Shown here one piece after another: positions 10,901 to 17,553 of a stretch of DNA of 64,000 bases. The position numbers and the translations under genes are program-made. Source of the DNA: Candidatus Algichlamydia australiensis (lineage in GTDB: Bacteria > Chlamydiota > Chlamydiia > Chlamydiales > JAJFMI01); assembly GCA_033977065.1 (NCBI GenBank), contig JAXCHI010000003.1:320001-384000 (forward strand). Reading direction: 5' to 3'. The number at the start of each line of letters is the position of its first letter. The stretch's first letter is position 1. A model generated the notes under the pieces. It was not told the DNA's origin and searched no databases. It was given only the letters and a program-made list of their open reading frames with translations.

Positions 10901-13900
10901 TCTTCAACAAACAGTGGTCGATTAGAGGATTGCGGATTTTCTACAAAAGGAAGGCGTTCCCTATTTAGAAAGTCTATCCTAGCCTGAAAACGAGCCTCGA
11001 AAAATCTCTTTGTCGGAGGAACCGCAACTTTCCAACCAGTTGAAGAATTCCATTTTTGGGTTTTGCGTCTCCAGTTTTTTGCAATAGAAAACGCTCTTTT
11101 AAACCCATTAAAATCATTTTTATACAAATGTTCAAAGAGAAATTTTCTAGACCTAAAGTGCAGATCGCCTGTGAAAGAGAGATCTACCAATATGGTCTTA
11201 ATTCGATTATCTAAGCGCGACCAATTTACAGCTTTAGTTTTGTAAGCAGACGTATAAACTGGATGATTGCACATCAGTATCACATCGCTCTCATAGCAAG
11301 CAAAGGCAAGATCAAATAAATCTTGTTGCTGAGCAGTGTCTAGCGTAGGAAAGTCTGTATCGGCGCTCGCACCGAACAAATGATCATACGCCTCCCTTCC
11401 TACCTTTTCCTTAGCAGCAACGATCTTATCTATCTGCTCAACTGAAAGCCCTAGCGTCTCAAAATACTTCCTCAACTCCAAATCGGGCCGCACGATTTCG
11501 GCTTTACTCTCAGGGACAACTCCAGGATACTTACCTTCTACTCTTAACCCAAGTTTCTCCGCTTTATAGCAGTGACGCGTGCGAATGTTGAAACCGCGGC
11601 CAATTGTAATTCCGGTACGACTCTGATCAAGACTCTCAGGAACGTATGCCCTTTCCAAGCTTGGTACTTCATCGCAAGACTCGCCATCAGGACAGTAATG
11701 AATCCGATTCAACTCCTGCCCAATGCTAAAATTTCCAGATAGAGATATTGCAAGACGAGGTTTTTCTCCTATGTCGTCATGACCTGTCAAAGCGCTTATT
11801 CTCGTGCGGAAACGCCCAGGGGCCTCGGCAAAAATTTCAGGAAATGATTCGGGGTTTTCAATAATCGCCTTAAACGCATTATAAGAGCTCTCATCCCCTC
11901 TCTTGCTATTATTAAAAATTGCTAGATGGAGAGCTTCAAGGGCAAGGTAGGGTACACTGCCCTCTTCATATACATCTTTCTTATCAAAAAAATCGCCCCT
12001 GTACCAAAAATCGACTAAAACAGCTCGAATACGTGGGTCTAGACGTTTCCAATTTACTACACCATCAAAAATAGAGGAACCGATAGAGTTCTCAGAATAT
12101 ACCCAGCTCACAACTTTTGCCTCATTAATGGCATAAGTAATTTCAAAAAGCTTTTTTTGAACTCTCTTTGAAATTTTGAAAGATTCTAAAACCTCATGAT
12201 TATCTTTCCAGTGTAGATAAGCCGCATTTCTGCTACTCTCTTCCGCTGTATCACTCCCCAACTTTCCTGCAGCCTTTTTGAGCTCTCTAATGAGCCCAGC
12301 TCGAACACCTGCGCTTGATAGATGTAATTGAATCTCATCTTCTGTGTGTCTACCAACGTCATACCCCCTACCAATCATAATCCCAGATCCAGTATTCAGA
12401 TCAATGTGAGGTTTTAAAGTACGCTCATCACCTCCAGTTCCTTCACAATCAAACGTGAGCTGCCCGTAAGGAACCTTGTCATATACAGGAGTCGTGCCTT
12501 CAAGGTAGGCGATCCGTTGCTCAAAACGCTCTTCCCATATATGTTCTTTCCCCTCGCAAATCTCCCAAGATCCCCATTCTTCAAGTGCATTTGTCAACCC
12601 TGAAATGTCGTTTTCTGACACGTAAGGTAAAAGATTGTCTAATACTTCATCATTATCAAAATGTCCTGTGAAATTTAAATCTACTAAAATGGTTTTAATT
12701 TTTTTATCGATTCTATACCAATTAAAACCACCATACTTATTAAGATTACTATCTAAAAAAAGCACTCGCAAAACATCGGCTTCGTAAGCAGGATAAATAA
12801 TATCAAAAAGCTTTCTCTCTTGGGTCGAATTTATTGCCCCCAGAACATCTTTTTTTTGCTCTAGATATGTAGCAGCGGCATTTCCTCTTTTAGGCACCGC
12901 GCCTACAAACGCCTCAAGCTGAGCCCCCGCTAAGCTTAAGTATTCTAAATGCCTTCTCACTTCTGGCTTTTTCATTAGTGAGCTATACCCCTCACCTTTG
13001 ACAAAGCACTTTCTCTTCCCTAAGGTGAACCCCTTTCCTATCACAAGCCCGTAACTGGGATCTTCGTACATTTTTGGTTGCAAATTAGAAGGTTCACATC
13101 TATAGGTAAACTCTCGATCAGGTGGATTTGCGTTCGGATTGCCCTCAAACTCAACTTCAAGGGTGTCGATAGAGCTCGCGTAATCCCTTCTGCTCTTAAA
13201 ACGCGCGTGGTATCCCTTTATCCTGTCATCTTCAATGGTTTCTCCTGGCTGCATCGGACCACCAGGAATTAACAGCTTCCAAAAATCCCAGTCAGCCATA
13301 GCCTCTTTAAATAGAGTCAACTTTCCATTAGGATCAATATTCAGATTAGTAATAGTTGCTTGAAGATGGGCGCGCGTATCTCCATAAGGACCGGAAGCAC
13401 CTCTGTAAACGCCTAAATACACCATATCCATCAAAGAATCTTTTACCTTTTGGTGGAGATGAGTCCAATCAACAACCCCATAAGCTTTTACAACATCGGG
13501 TTTAAAACAAATACGCAGCAGAATCGCAAAGTATGATGGATAAATGATTTCAAATAAAAGCTTCTGTTGATTTGGTGTGATGGGTTTCATGTTGCTACTC
13601 AGAACTGCGCAAGCCGCCGAGCCCATCTTTCCAGCCGCAACTTTAAAAGCATTAGCATGCGAATGGGAAAGGCCAGCAGAGCGTAAAGTTTTATAAACTT
13701 CGTCCTCCGACCTCTTTTTTAGGTCATATCCTCTGCCGATAGTTAAACCAGATGTTGCACCTGGAACATGAGCAATGCGGCTTTGAAGACTCCGAACATC
13801 TGACTCTTTCCCTTCCCAATCGAAGGTAAACTGTCCTTCCGGAACAACAAAATCGGGGTTACCCTCTGTTTCGCGTTTCACAAAAGGATTAAGTTGATCT

Positions 13901-13917
13901 CTACAGTGAGTAGGCAT
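1930..13917 (-). CDS. Giant (~3995 aa) protein: four N-terminal pesticin-like muramidase domains, acidic linker, long beta-rich (DUF6603-like) region, beta-sandwich-like C-terminal half
   Basis: 12-kb open frame. ATG at 13917 has a GGAGG SD (the track starts at TTG 13923). Four repeats of FT(F/Y)xxE...GxxIG(R/K)G(Y/F)...LF(E/D)...W..L...L(V/M)D..(Y/F)xG...RFxxR. No signal peptide. Confidence 0.85.
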   Translation of the reverse strand: MPTHCRDQLNPFVKRETEGNPDFVVPEGQFTFDWEGKESDVRSLQSRIAHVPGATSGLTIGRGYDLKKRSEDEVYKTLRSAGLSHSHANAFKVAAGKMGSAACAVLSSNMKPITPNQQKLLFEIIYPSYFAILLRICFKPDVVKAYGVVDWTHLHQKVKDSLMDMVYLGVYRGASGPYGDTRAHLQATITNLNIDPNGKLTLFKEAMADWDFWKLLIPGGPMQPGETIEDDRIKGYHARFKSRRDYASSIDTLEVEFEGNPNANPPDREFTYRCEPSNLQPKMYEDPSYGLVIGKGFTLGKRKCFVKGEGYSSLMKKPEVRRHLEYLSLAGAQLEAFVGAVPKRGNAAATYLEQKKDVLGAINSTQERKLFDIIYPAYEADVLRVLFLDSNLNKYGGFNWYRIDKKIKTILVDLNFTGHFDNDEVLDNLLPYVSENDISGLTNALEEWGSWEICEGKEHIWEERFEQRIAYLEGTTPVYDKVPYGQLTFDCEGTGGDERTLKPHIDLNTGSGIMIGRGYDVGRHTEDEIQLHLSSAGVRAGLIRELKKAAGKLGSDTAEESSRNAAYLHWKDNHEVLESFKISKRVQKKLFEITYAINEAKVVSWVYSENSIGSSIFDGVVNWKRLDPRIRAVLVDFWYRGDFFDKKDVYEEGSVPYLALEALHLAIFNNSKRGDESSYNAFKAIIENPESFPEIFAEAPGRFRTRISALTGHDDIGEKPRLAISLSGNFSIGQELNRIHYCPDGESCDEVPSLERAYVPESLDQSRTGITIGRGFNIRTRHCYKAEKLGLRVEGKYPGVVPESKAEIVRPDLELRKYFETLGLSVEQIDKIVAAKEKVGREAYDHLFGASADTDFPTLDTAQQQDLFDLAFACYESDVILMCNHPVYTSAYKTKAVNWSRLDNRIKTILVDLSFTGDLHFRSRKFLFEHLYKNDFNGFKRAFSIAKNWRRKTQKWNSSTGWKVAVPPTKRFFEARFQARIDFLNRERLPFVENPQSSNRPLFVEDEEIKVPRSLSILEPGTLCSVDPITNLIKKTSQMTPEMLELMWKIRENELNEDPYEGESPSEEEEVSEGQEDEFGSLEDKNFDVGDIFFPLPNGSYFIEDGGVSEEPNSVRILLDGAENPVEVGYRLRYRARGEQAYTYTRVKEVRDRASGLIFVDEPIDFDAIEKVPVRFDVPFLLPLNQMEIGNLLGGALPAIDTVISSANKLLDDIAQYARPIFSEDGEEIIGLDLPLKLTLSISRESANKNSGDNQIKKQSFDLFWNVKFEKDGDEWLLSPDSEKFYLQLPKNPSQQLIDFGIFTIVIPKRENHPDTNLIEDRSDAYFDLKKRELGFTFNSLDPVKQESIRLYFPGGMADEVDLSGSPEDISRDIEEAAKKRFLLDLERFDPEEFGFPNSHKSFLRLNPEGISVKAKVTADDVFVDDSDELLSHLKLKPVEESNGVKSCIVIINNTIKEATLFAKMQLPGFKSLEAAVSAGLRQEAPGEMPSVIATINLENSDKSALADLKLDMLQMQLDAIDLYIAWSSQTKKWDFRAFADGQISLSGLSKVIPDLSDLKKLSAIQFKKLNLTELNLPQIDVGLALKEPTKIDILDGLFTCQFDDLDLSWRFDNSGGTLSGSFDCKNCGFRFNSPGVIDVEIRSGELVVEYGEPFRIKTPSSIGITAKVGPAVSFSGELGWVDENNERYFFASGSIKLEGFPEFKALLKMGSLKKYNGESAVNLVIYAEMEIEAELFSGVVVKKIGGGVGVNNRLKAISRTPDEREIIEKIDQIEPQKIRNWTAVKENGPYVSILASAMFASNRGTPDTFNAYVMKLVLSLDSEFNIAAAGKLWLASSVGYVEANDDRPALVGALALSTKQQRLGVELQSRKNPAIESSELLKKVLDKTTTRLAFRLTPDLVDYHLQEISYRDRLLGADMSVSGNYRIAIFRGALLTKAGIQIRGHYHQTFRAGPGGFTCSGNLLFIAGYGGIISSQGIDLYGMVRANLGFQVDAFITIGFRISIRTPWKKYVISFHKTFRVRLARLQLGFHGALALSDKGGLGFDGSVSISVSICGYRLSISPHLSFNTGVISSVRNKISAYERDLDALIERSRSTRVKRRSLLSAGIPIEAREQVKPRAKKWLHYVSLKRSEEEGDLLRHTYIPSPDSLWFTPFRNENEEVNFSEASPYVEDVRKIAVGNLGEVSVTHIAESTQGPEVIKIWLDTFNPDEWQSGIPLILKVALDEEKKYQNIWYVQESHPEEKNLTLALDLPTSGSPESDFSFLDRVALSDEALIFKPKKIFYTPWVDEHVSYFDLETSVNSEIKTVFLESTLDQNYIEEPPELPKTIYDPRVEAPSREFMSQEAQLLPEDVLSAYFNPVADSVDVNSISREELSMVEQFEKYYDRATKQNQGAGLDPDPEEDQVQAKAQITNALIADLNEKSSDNERIFDTGYFRKREGDNSTLEIFGIIDEERADNLIEGRFREDEESIYVQRGDAKRLEEMDLTYPDQESLPSSNLLGNKITLLKIRQDYVASEVQEFGEESGKIVLSLPIKVDIKVFEENKLFEIGSFRLYRRTHKNNELVLVADGIQPKYWKYREREEIERGSASFNGRELSDIEIESDWTKSSDVEVILENNNQLFTLFYDKEKGVLVGKMPDPGLYSYTITLIRREAQYVVEPYLYRDEIAVESKDLGLSKGEGQAYVDYYIEPLPTALMGDTAIKTDPSQLTFWGREYLHIPEKSSFPDQVSIVFSVDSLQNRSEELSGSFYLFQGENQEIWDLDNEDFEIWIKEMPLQQTGFYAGDAEFNEGLGLSEEPTIEKVRKEKLYESVEGKQYIHLSKPQDGRYQITSNGIFRLDCSYQFFIGAKGAKKLIKAQHLLVRSFPDSWEQNVKFKFVNQIEWIPENAFDNVVGRKPEFLFPEEFTANGIYQPLAKRNYIQTDFNSSDLNQGGVEIFHIDHDEPGDIQRQYCEILGKRAFANSRKDFRDPSNWQAPLWSILESQSVQYTEGSSIFVSGELDLIDLYYNQDSEIIQGIITAIDNLVGTLSLEQHSWKLCYESGLLLLLQLGKFEKSPLNINDNSLIEVQEQVEQSLINLFLGTEKKDSLSEITLKLGAIEEELNQDSKEDEEIEGSIERAKDREFARRLLGIIQRRLFVVNDFLAFRSPKELATANGADRHKKKSDILLGLPRWLDLCEEFRDVKVEKHSGKILALFLHDPNVTKKQIDKVKTELIRVLEGFRNSFVHQENKENTYLSALSRVVPLGKTITTHLDGLGAGKKEERIVKGRHHNVLTEATSEDNPTLTPSKSVDIKYFAPNALRINEQEKISIEELYPSQKSFLPFFFNLMDYLGFSADIGIITKEKKSLQQDFLIERINQLNINREDTLPFILRGRSPNSITSTDQVDGYSFVKFAALPRSLFQRERVEMTISGIKDEQNLLIEKDEIEENTYIFEVNLEGGGYKAFHSTKIQEGRETGSWIITLNDKLPIGVTVSQITVYQYNSSNLLRLLEHRGIQFPAEAEGYQKYFGNIAFQLEQFSKYGDPGSIPEIPLERVSQRWMTLPSSGGVSKASWQHPDTFGHRYQVAIRRVSRYEPLINWKLGRHELFPLPEYGDLLSKMQLVRLKPVEYGVKRRNIEQMLPAYNYPHPTKAFFSYQLPSDAARSLKAQIASVRTGYKGYDLVFRHELLEDGKGAAIESILNEMRKSETPIEWERFNLYDEKILRENFDPKIRISDHERLVTLTDLQYYHRYFMSARALYDSETLPIENKEFPIVSAKVEPSNLYTFIPKVSREVGEKSLTYEFTIYLSRHIDNLRPRELVKEPASIKVKLSDGDDSSSPIEFCGRDLPDLSSVYRIYWKVKEGTEGRSRYTLVAALHMPWSDGHGKDEEEFPRLKELSSAFTIVSVGSLEIEPVSESAVPIEFTHVSEGDFYRKERKYFKDYVLDSIQDTSYDPPETLFSYKVQFKLKIAHKDSTDQSLFHDPGRFVLQMKRNQAEASKAEFAVLEEEEVSS

Positions 13918-13919
13918 CC

Positions 13920-14759
13920 TCAACCCTCCTCTTCTTCTTCAGATAGCCAAGAGTGGACAGTTGCCCCAGATCCTGGATGCAAACCAATAAAAATTTTGTC
14001 GTCAATCCATTCCCAAACCGCATCTAGGTAGTAAGCGATAGCATTCAGAATCTCTACCAAAGAGAGCGTATCTTCAACACGTATTCGTACAAACTGATGT
14101 TTCAATTCGTGTTCAATGAAAATTTTTCCATGAAAATAACTGAATCTTCCGATTGGCACTGGCTCAGAAGAACCCGGGGGTAAGTCAGTCGCAGGGGTAG
14201 TAAGTTCACTAATTATTTCCAAAAGTTTTTTGCCTCTTGAATTTGTTTCATTTCTTGTATCAAGTACCTTCGGAGCCGTGTCGACACTTAAAAGCGTTCT
14301 GTCTATCGAAATCAGTTCTGGAGGCCTGCTATAGTTGAAGGGTAGAGGTTCACGCCTCTTTATGAACTTTAAAACCGTTTCTGGATCTCTTCCTTGTTGA
14401 CCAGAGTTAAAGTAGATTAGTCTAGGCGAAAGGCCACGTATCCAAGCTGTTTTGAGAACCATATCACTCAAAGTGATTCCTTCAGAATATACCAGGGGAA
14501 GGGGCTCTATCCTCCGCGCACCTAGCTCATCTCCGGGAAGAATGACGACAGGAGAGTAATCATCTCCAGAAGATCTCTCTGGACTCTCATAGAAATACTG
14601 TTTAATTACCTCAGACCAACCGCCATGCAGAAAAAATTGGGAGGCTTGCCAGTACTCTTCTGTAGTAAGCTCCTTTTGAAAACGGTTTAAATGGATTAAT
14701 GACCCTTCAGAGTTTAATCGACTCAAAAGGTCTCTTGGTTGAGAACGGGAAGGACACAT
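13920..14759 (-). CDS. Hypothetical protein with C-terminal STN/FecR-C-like domain
   Basis: 279 aa with AGGAG SD. C-terminus (TLSLVEILNAIAYYLDAVWEWIDDKIFIGLHPG) is paralogous to the upstream gene. Its stop lies 2 nt before the giant gene's ATG. Confidence 0.75.
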   Translation of the reverse strand: MCPSRSQPRDLLSRLNSEGSLIHLNRFQKELTTEEYWQASQFFLHGGWSEVIKQYFYESPERSSGDDYSPVVILPGDELGARRIEPLPLVYSEGITLSDMVLKTAWIRGLSPRLIYFNSGQQGRDPETVLKFIKRREPLPFNYSRPPELISIDRTLLSVDTAPKVLDTRNETNSRGKKLLEIISELTTPATDLPPGSSEPVPIGRFSYFHGKIFIEHELKHQFVRIRVEDTLSLVEILNAIAYYLDAVWEWIDDKIFIGLHPGSGATVHSWLSEEEEEG

Positions 14760-14783
14760 AAAATTACTCCTTTATGCTAACCT

Positions 14784-15638
14784 CTACTCCTTGTTGTAGA
14801 TGCGAGCAAATTTACCAAAGTTTTCGCCAGGAATGAGAAGAATTTCATTTCTATCTACCCATTCCCAGATAGTCCCAACGCAGTAGCCGATTGCATCAAG
14901 GAAATCGGTTAAGATTGGGGTCTGAATGAACATTTTTACAAGCGCTCTACTCACAGAGGGATCTGCTGCAATGCGAACTCCTGGAAAAAGTCGAGTGAGC
15001 TCTTCAATAACTTTTTCGATTAGGAGACCCCTTCCTTGAGTGCTTTCTAGAGTATTAATAATTGGAGCTTGCCTCGACCCGCCATATCTTATTTCTGGCA
15101 AACGGGCTGAACTGTCTAAAGCCGGCAATGAGACAGGATTCTTAAGGTAAGGATAAAAGAGTCGATCGATGTAGCAAAATGTAATTGTGGTATGTTTTTC
15201 ATAAGGATCATCGCTGCGTCTATCAACATCGTAAACATGCGAAATCCTGGGTGATAACTTTTTATTGCCAATCGAAGAAAAAGAAATCTCCTCCTGAAAC
15301 ACATTATTCCAAGCAGTGTCGATAAGAGCGTCACCTGCACAGAGAGGATATCGCTCCGAAAAAGAGAAAGGGTGTAAAAGTCGTCCCGCCTCATCATTTT
15401 CAGGGAAAATAATCCTAGTAAAGTATTTTATGTCTCTTTCTCTTCCACCTTGATATGTCCAAGTGTATTCGTCGCCCCAAAGACTTGGGTCTAAACCCCT
15501 AAAACCTTGCCAGCCATTCTCTCCAACCAGCTCTACCAAGTCTTCATAATCATCATCCTCTTCAATCTCTCTTGACAAAGTTACGAGACGCTCAACTCTA
15601 TACTTAAGCTTGTCAGTTAACTCTACTTCATCTCCCAT
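14784..15638 (-). CDS. Hypothetical protein with C-terminal STN/FecR-C-like domain
   Basis: ATG 15638 is preceded by GGGAGG (the track starts at GTG 15665). C-terminus ILTDFLDAIGYCVGTIWEWVDRNEILLIPG. Confidence 0.75.
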   Translation of the reverse strand: MGDEVELTDKLKYRVERLVTLSREIEEDDDYEDLVELVGENGWQGFRGLDPSLWGDEYTWTYQGGRERDIKYFTRIIFPENDEAGRLLHPFSFSERYPLCAGDALIDTAWNNVFQEEISFSSIGNKKLSPRISHVYDVDRRSDDPYEKHTTITFCYIDRLFYPYLKNPVSLPALDSSARLPEIRYGGSRQAPIINTLESTQGRGLLIEKVIEELTRLFPGVRIAADPSVSRALVKMFIQTPILTDFLDAIGYCVGTIWEWVDRNEILLIPGENFGKFARIYNKE

Positions 15639-15772
15639 AAGGCAGCCTCCCGCTTTGTCTGACACAGGTTTTAAACCCGTGTAAACGTTATGTCAAGAAA
15701 ATTCGTAATTTTTCTAAAATAAAAAACTACTTAACGCTAAGAAGCGCTAAAAAATTTGAAAGAATTAGGCAT

Positions 15773-15821
15773 TGCAAACATGAAAAATAATCTGATTATA
15801 GCCTTTTGACAACACTATCTA
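15773..15821. repeat. Isolated right arm of the palindromic element at 50720-50884
   Basis: 49 bp identical to 50836-50884 except one base (gacaacac vs gacgacac). Confidence 0.9.
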
Positions 15822-15854
15822 GTAATTTAGACCTGTTTTTAAAAGAGGAAATTA

Positions 15855-17273
15855 TTAAATTTTATTCAAAGAAACTCTTTGCTTCGGACATAAAATTAAT
15901 TCATTGATAATCGGATCTTCGACGCGCGCGCGCCACTCACGCACTTTCTCCACAAAGCCATTAGCTATGATAGAGAATGCCAAAAGCTCTTTATCTTTTG
16001 TAACCAGATACCCAGATATCGAAGAGACACCCGTCATTGTTCCAGTTTTACCTCGAATTCGTGAGCGAAAACGCCCTGTGTCAAAGCGCTTTTTTAACGT
16101 TCCATCAACACCGCCAATACTTAAGGCTGCCTTGAACTCCTCCGCATAAGGAGACTCGTCATGCACCCATTGCAAAAGAGAGACGAAGTGGCTTGGGGAA
16201 GCAAGGTTATAGCGCGAAAGACCAGAGCCATCTAAAACGACAAAGTCTTCCATCTGGCTAGATAGCTTCTCTTGCAAAAAGTTACGTACCTGACGCGATC
16301 CGCTCTGCCAACTCCCTTGGCCCCTCTTTGCTCCTAGTTGTTTGAACAGACTATCTGCATAGTAGTTATCGGAATCTTTTAACATCTTCTTCGAAAGGTC
16401 AGCAAGAGAAGCGGAGGATTGCACAGCAAGAGCTGTGGTGTTTCGTGGACTACTTTCAAATTTTATTCTTCCCTGTAACAAAATTCCCTGCTTCTTCAAC
16501 TCATCAGAAAACGCCATCGCCGCATGTCTCGTGGGATCAACAGCCGGCACCTTATAAATTCTTGGCGCCTCATCTGCTATAACAGAGCCTTCAACAACGA
16601 CACTCTTTCCCAAACTGGACAGAGGCCTCTCAACTGAAATTTCACTTTTCTTTCCTTGAATCGTCTTCGCGCGATTTTGAATTGTCACCTCTTCACCAGA
16701 GTTGAGAATGCGCACAGTAGGCGCCTTTCCCACCTCACCGGCTTCCACCGCCAAGACGATTCTTGAATGATCGATATTCAAGCCTCCAAGAGGAGGGTTC
16801 CAACTTGTTGGACTATCATCCCACATCCAACCGGGAGCGCACGCAATCTCATCATAACAACCCGCATCTACAATCAGATCTCCGCGAATCACCTCGATAT
16901 TCTTAGATTTCAAAACTTCAACAAACTCTTGGAAATGATAGCGCTTCAAAGAGGGATCACCTCCCCCAACCAGCACAAGATCTCCAGAAAGAGCACTTCC
17001 CTCAATCTTGCCCCGCATACGCATCTCCGTCTTAAACTGAAAATCGACACCTAGCTGATCAAGACCCGCGGCTACAGTAAACAATTTAGCGGTACTTGCT
17101 GGAACAAAGCGCAAATGGCGGTTGCGCTCATAGACCACTCTGCCATCGGATAGGGAAACAACCAAAATCCCCACTTGGGCATTTTCTTGTCCTAAAATCG
17201 CATCGATATTTTCTCGATACCCCGCAAAGAGCGAAACAAAACAAAAAACTGTAAGAGAAAGTAGAACCCTCAT
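15855..17273 (-). CDS. dacB: D-alanyl-D-alanine carboxypeptidase/endopeptidase (PBP4, peptidase S13)
   Basis: Signal peptide; SxxK (PASTAK), SDN, DGSGLSRYN and KTGT motifs. Confidence 0.95.
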   Translation of the reverse strand: MRVLLSLTVFCFVSLFAGYRENIDAILGQENAQVGILVVSLSDGRVVYERNRHLRFVPASTAKLFTVAAGLDQLGVDFQFKTEMRMRGKIEGSALSGDLVLVGGGDPSLKRYHFQEFVEVLKSKNIEVIRGDLIVDAGCYDEIACAPGWMWDDSPTSWNPPLGGLNIDHSRIVLAVEAGEVGKAPTVRILNSGEEVTIQNRAKTIQGKKSEISVERPLSSLGKSVVVEGSVIADEAPRIYKVPAVDPTRHAAMAFSDELKKQGILLQGRIKFESSPRNTTALAVQSSASLADLSKKMLKDSDNYYADSLFKQLGAKRGQGSWQSGSRQVRNFLQEKLSSQMEDFVVLDGSGLSRYNLASPSHFVSLLQWVHDESPYAEEFKAALSIGGVDGTLKKRFDTGRFRSRIRGKTGTMTGVSSISGYLVTKDKELLAFSIIANGFVEKVREWRARVEDPIINELILCPKQRVSLNKI

Positions 17274-17553
17274 ACCGCTAAGGGTAGGTTATCAAGAGAA
17301 ATAAAAAAACCTTCTTAAGAGAAAAATCTTCTAAAAAAACTATTGCAGGCTGCTATCAACTTGTGTTTTAGCAACATACTGTAATCGCGCAGAGCTTAAG
17401 AAAAAAGTTACTCCTCAAGAACGCAATAGTATAAACTCTGCAATTTTAAACCGATCTCTATAGGACCAAAACCAAAGCGTAACTCTAATAATTATTGTAA
17501 AAAAACAAACAAAAAGTAAAAATACTGTTAACCAATTCAAAAGGGAGAGAAAA

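Noticed and set aside
1004..13272. Many short ORFs overlapping the giant operon (mostly + strand)
   Set aside because: Shadow frames of long real genes; no motifs or SDs.
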